Shown: positions 31,333 through 34,039 of the stretch, in pieces | Numbering within the stretch: position 1 is the stretch's first letter | Layout: the number at the start of each line of letters is the position of its first letter | Assembly: GCA_964548195.1 (NCBI GenBank) | Contig: CAZJQC010000006.1 | Coordinates: 42,792 to 76,830 of the forward strand | Reading direction: 5' to 3' | Length of the DNA stretch: 34,039 bases | Source: an uncultured bacterium | GTDB lineage: Bacteria; Macinerneyibacteriota; Macinerneyibacteria; Macinerneyibacteriales; DSCS01 | Position numbers and translations under genes: made by a program | The notes under the pieces: model-generated | Seen by the model: the letters and a program-made list of their open reading frames with translations, nothing else | What the model was told of the DNA's origin: nothing | The model's database searches: none

Positions 31333-32560
31333 ACACGCGGAGGCGGAGGGCGTATTTCCGGGCCCGGACGGCATAGGCCGTTTTCTCTCCCGGGGTTTGA
31401 GCGTATATTATCTCGCCGATGACGAGATGGGGCTTATCGGCCCGCTGATGCCGGCGTTTGTTTTCAACACGGGACTGTATAACGCAAAAAGTTTTAATGA
31501 CGGCACCCATTTTTATTTTCCATGTTATTCCAAAAAAATCGACAACAGCAGCATAGGCTTTGAAAGCGAGGCCGAGTATAAAAACTACTACTTCTTTCTC
31601 AACAAGCAAAATATGACGGGGCTTGCTGATTTCTTTACTCAGAGAGCCGTTCCCGGGGGATTTGGGGAGGGAAGGCAGTTTTTTCTGGACTACAGGGCCG
31701 GGAAACACAAAGTCAAGATGTTTTTGGCGGATAACGACATTATTTCGGAGGAGACGGAAAACGAGTTCGTTTTCAGTTTTTTCAAATACGAATATGAAAA
31801 TAAAGGACTGCGCGCGTATATGAAGCGCGAGTTTCTTGAAAGCACTGACGACACCGAATATTCGCTTTATTCAGTTGAGATCGATTACGGCCGTTACGGC
31901 GCGGGGATAGAATACCTGAGGGAGACGGGGGATTATGAAGCGCATTTGCTGTTCACCGGGGGGGGCGGACCGGTCAACGTCAAACTCTATCCGCTGCTGA
32001 GAAACGGCGCCGCCGATGTCAACGCAGAACTGAAATACGGGGATTTTTATCTGAAAAAACAAAGCGGCAGGGATTTTGCCGGAGGCTATGAGACGTCGTA
32101 TTATGAGATCGGCTACGGAAGGAATGAGTCCGGATGTTTTTACATGCGCTATGCGGATAATATGGAAGACCCCGTCGCCTCCTATGAGAATGAGTTCTTC
32201 GCGGGCGTGAAATATGAACTGCCGGTAAAAATAAATGAAAATCTGATGCTTTTAAGCGAGGCGGACCTGATCTTTTCGGATAAACACAACGGCCTCATAC
32301 GCAGTTATATAATCTTTGACAAATACCTGTTTAAGGGCGATTTGAATATCAGGATGTTCTTGAGAAACAACGTGATAACCCCTTCGGAATATTTCGACGG
32401 GTATGATTATTTTGACCTTTATGCGGGGTTGGGACTTGTAAACACGCACGCGAACATCAGCCTGAAAAATTTGTTCCGCCAGAGATTATATGAAGACCGG
32501 GGCGGTTTTACGGATGAAATGACGTTAAGATTTTCGCTGACATGGTTTTTTTATAACTAA
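31280..32560 (+). CDS. Hypothetical exported protein, probable outer-membrane beta-barrel
   Basis: ATG 31280 behind AAAGGGG gives a signal-peptide-like MICVRKILLILLTVCFLEHAEA; rich in Y/F/G/N with alternating strand patterns; ends ISLKNLF...LRFSLTWFFYN, resembling a terminal beta-signal strand. Confidence 0.55.
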   Translation: MICVRKILLILLTVCFLEHAEAEGVFPGPDGIGRFLSRGLSVYYLADDEMGLIGPLMPAFVFNTGLYNAKSFNDGTHFYFPCYSKKIDNSSIGFESEAEYKNYYFFLNKQNMTGLADFFTQRAVPGGFGEGRQFFLDYRAGKHKVKMFLADNDIISEETENEFVFSFFKYEYENKGLRAYMKREFLESTDDTEYSLYSVEIDYGRYGAGIEYLRETGDYEAHLLFTGGGGPVNVKLYPLLRNGAADVNAELKYGDFYLKKQSGRDFAGGYETSYYEIGYGRNESGCFYMRYADNMEDPVASYENEFFAGVKYELPVKINENLMLLSEADLIFSDKHNGLIRSYIIFDKYLFKGDLNIRMFLRNNVITPSEYFDGYDYFDLYAGLGLVNTHANISLKNLFRQRLYEDRGGFTDEMTLRFSLTWFFYN

Positions 32561-32584
32561 GCCGCGGGGGAAGTCAGTTTTTAC

Positions 32585-32612
32585 TTGAAAACAGCGGTAT
32601 TAAAGGTATTAT
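32585..32612 (+). promoter_or_regulatory. Putative sigma70 promoter of secD
   Basis: TTGAAA(32585)-16 bp-TATTAT(32607). Confidence 0.45.
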
Positions 32613-32701
32613 AGTTCCAAAACAGCGCCATTTCATAAAGCTGTTTCCCGTTGCGCTATTTGAACGGATGTGTATCCGAAAATTGAAAAGGAGTGTCAAT
32701 A

Positions 32702-34039
32702 ATGAGAAAAGTCGAGAGATGGAAATGGATGCTGATCATCCTGGTATTCATTGTCATGCTTCTTACAACGTTGCCTACCACAGGCCTGATCAAAAACGCA
32801 AAAGTGTTGAAGTTCCTCCCCGGAAAAGTCAATCTGGGCCTGGATTTGCAGGGCGGAACCCATGTGGTTTTCGTTGCGGACACTGACGACCTTACAAAGA
32901 AGTATGCAGAGATGGATAAAAAACTGACAGATGCGGATATCAATGACTCCATGGACAGAGCCATGGAAATACTCAGAAACAGGATCGATAAATTTGGCGT
33001 GACCGAACCCATGCTTCAGAGGCAGGGTTCAAAGAGGATAATCCTTGAGCTCGCCGGAATCAGCGATCCCGAAAGAGTGGCCGACGTGGTCGGCAAAACG
33101 GCTTATTTGGAATTTAAACTTGTCTCCGATATTCCTGCGGCAAATTATCTTGATGAGAACCTCGAGCCTCTGGCGGATAAACCCATACCGCAGGGACTGG
33201 AGCTGAGATTCAGAAAAGACAAGGTCACCGGCCGAAGAGACGCTTTTCTGCTGCATAAGGACAAAGTGGTGCCGGGCTCGGCTTTGACCGATGCCATGGT
33301 AAGCACCAAAGAGGCGTCATATGTGGTCTCTTTTCGCTTGAACGGCGAAGGGGCCAAGGCTTTTGCCAAACTTACCGAAGAAAACGTCGGAAAGAGACTT
33401 GCCATAGTGCTTGATGATTCCGTCGTGTCGGCGCCCAATATAAACAGCGCCATACCATCGGGGGAAGGCATCATCGAGGGCGGTTTCACTGCTGAGACAG
33501 CCAGGGACCTTGCCCTTGTGCTGAAAACGGGTGCCCTTCCGATAAAACTGGATATCGCCGAAAAAAGGACTGTCGGCGCTTCTCTTGGACGCGATTCGGT
33601 GAAAAGCGGACTTAATGCGATCATGATAGGTTTCATAACGGTTGTGATCTTTATGCTGACTTATTATAAACGCGCGGGTTTGATAGCGGATATCGCTTTG
33701 ATATTCAACCTGATCATTATAATGGGTGTGCTGATCATGTTCGGAGCGACGCTTACCATGCCCGGACTTGCGGGTATTATCCTGACAATAGGCATGTCGG
33801 TTGACGCCAATGTTCTTATTTTCGAGAGGATCAGGGAAGAACTGAGAAACAATAAAAGCGTGGGAAAAGCCGTCGAAAACGGTTTCAGCAGGGCTTTTAT
33901 AACCATACTTGATGCGAATATCACCACCATCATCACGGCCGTGGTGCTCTATAATTTCGGAACAGGCCCGATAAAGGGATTTGCCATCACGTTGATGATA
34001 GGTATTTTGGCCAGTATGTTCACCGCATTGTTCGTCTCG
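32702..34039 (+). CDS. secD: Protein translocase subunit SecD, 3'-truncated (not in the ORF track)
   Basis: Manual translation from ATG 32702 (RBS AAGGAG): MRKVERWKW...NLGLDLQGG...RNRIDKFGVTEP...LAIVLDD...TVGASLG...TLTMPGLAGIILTIGMSVDANVLIFERIREE...DANITT...GTGPIKGFAITL; open to the window end. Confidence 0.95.
   Translation, partial: MRKVERWKWMLIILVFIVMLLTTLPTTGLIKNAKVLKFLPGKVNLGLDLQGGTHVVFVADTDDLTKKYAEMDKKLTDADINDSMDRAMEILRNRIDKFGVTEPMLQRQGSKRIILELAGISDPERVADVVGKTAYLEFKLVSDIPAANYLDENLEPLADKPIPQGLELRFRKDKVTGRRDAFLLHKDKVVPGSALTDAMVSTKEASYVVSFRLNGEGAKAFAKLTEENVGKRLAIVLDDSVVSAPNINSAIPSGEGIIEGGFTAETARDLALVLKTGALPIKLDIAEKRTVGASLGRDSVKSGLNAIMIGFITVVIFMLTYYKRAGLIADIALIFNLIIIMGVLIMFGATLTMPGLAGIILTIGMSVDANVLIFERIREELRNNKSVGKAVENGFSRAFITILDANITTIITAVVLYNFGTGPIKGFAITLMIGILASMFTALFVS

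Noticed and set aside
32656..33936. Small ORFs listed by the track in the last 1.4 kb
   Set aside because: They are shadows of secD, which the track missed because it runs off the window.

Overview
A gene-dense, almost entirely + strand core-chromosome segment from a diderm bacterium (LapA/LapB, a TsaP-like LysM protein and a probable outer-membrane beta-barrel are encoded). Gene order: Eis-like GNAT (5'-truncated), gyrB-gyrA, lapA-lapB-mutS-mutL, TetR, rplU-rpmA-obgE, LysM(TsaP-like)-dprA-smg, a minus-strand EamA/DMT + threonine aldolase pair, ligA-GT4 glycosyltransferase, a ~9.7 kb probable operon (acidic TPR protein, MglC-like roadblock, efp, PilT/PilU ATPase, SgmX-like TPR protein, ExeA-type ATPase, PHP hydrolase, beta-barrel), then secD (3'-truncated and absent from the ORF track). 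I found no rRNA, tRNA, CRISPR array, transposase, integrase or phage gene. The best candidate for an under-described system is 22841-32560. It resembles the Myxococcus MglC/SgmX polarity and type IV pilus control genes, but a retraction-type ATPase sits between efp and sgmX and is flanked by very acidic scaffold-like proteins. Family calls come from motif recognition and remembered reference sequences; no database search was run.
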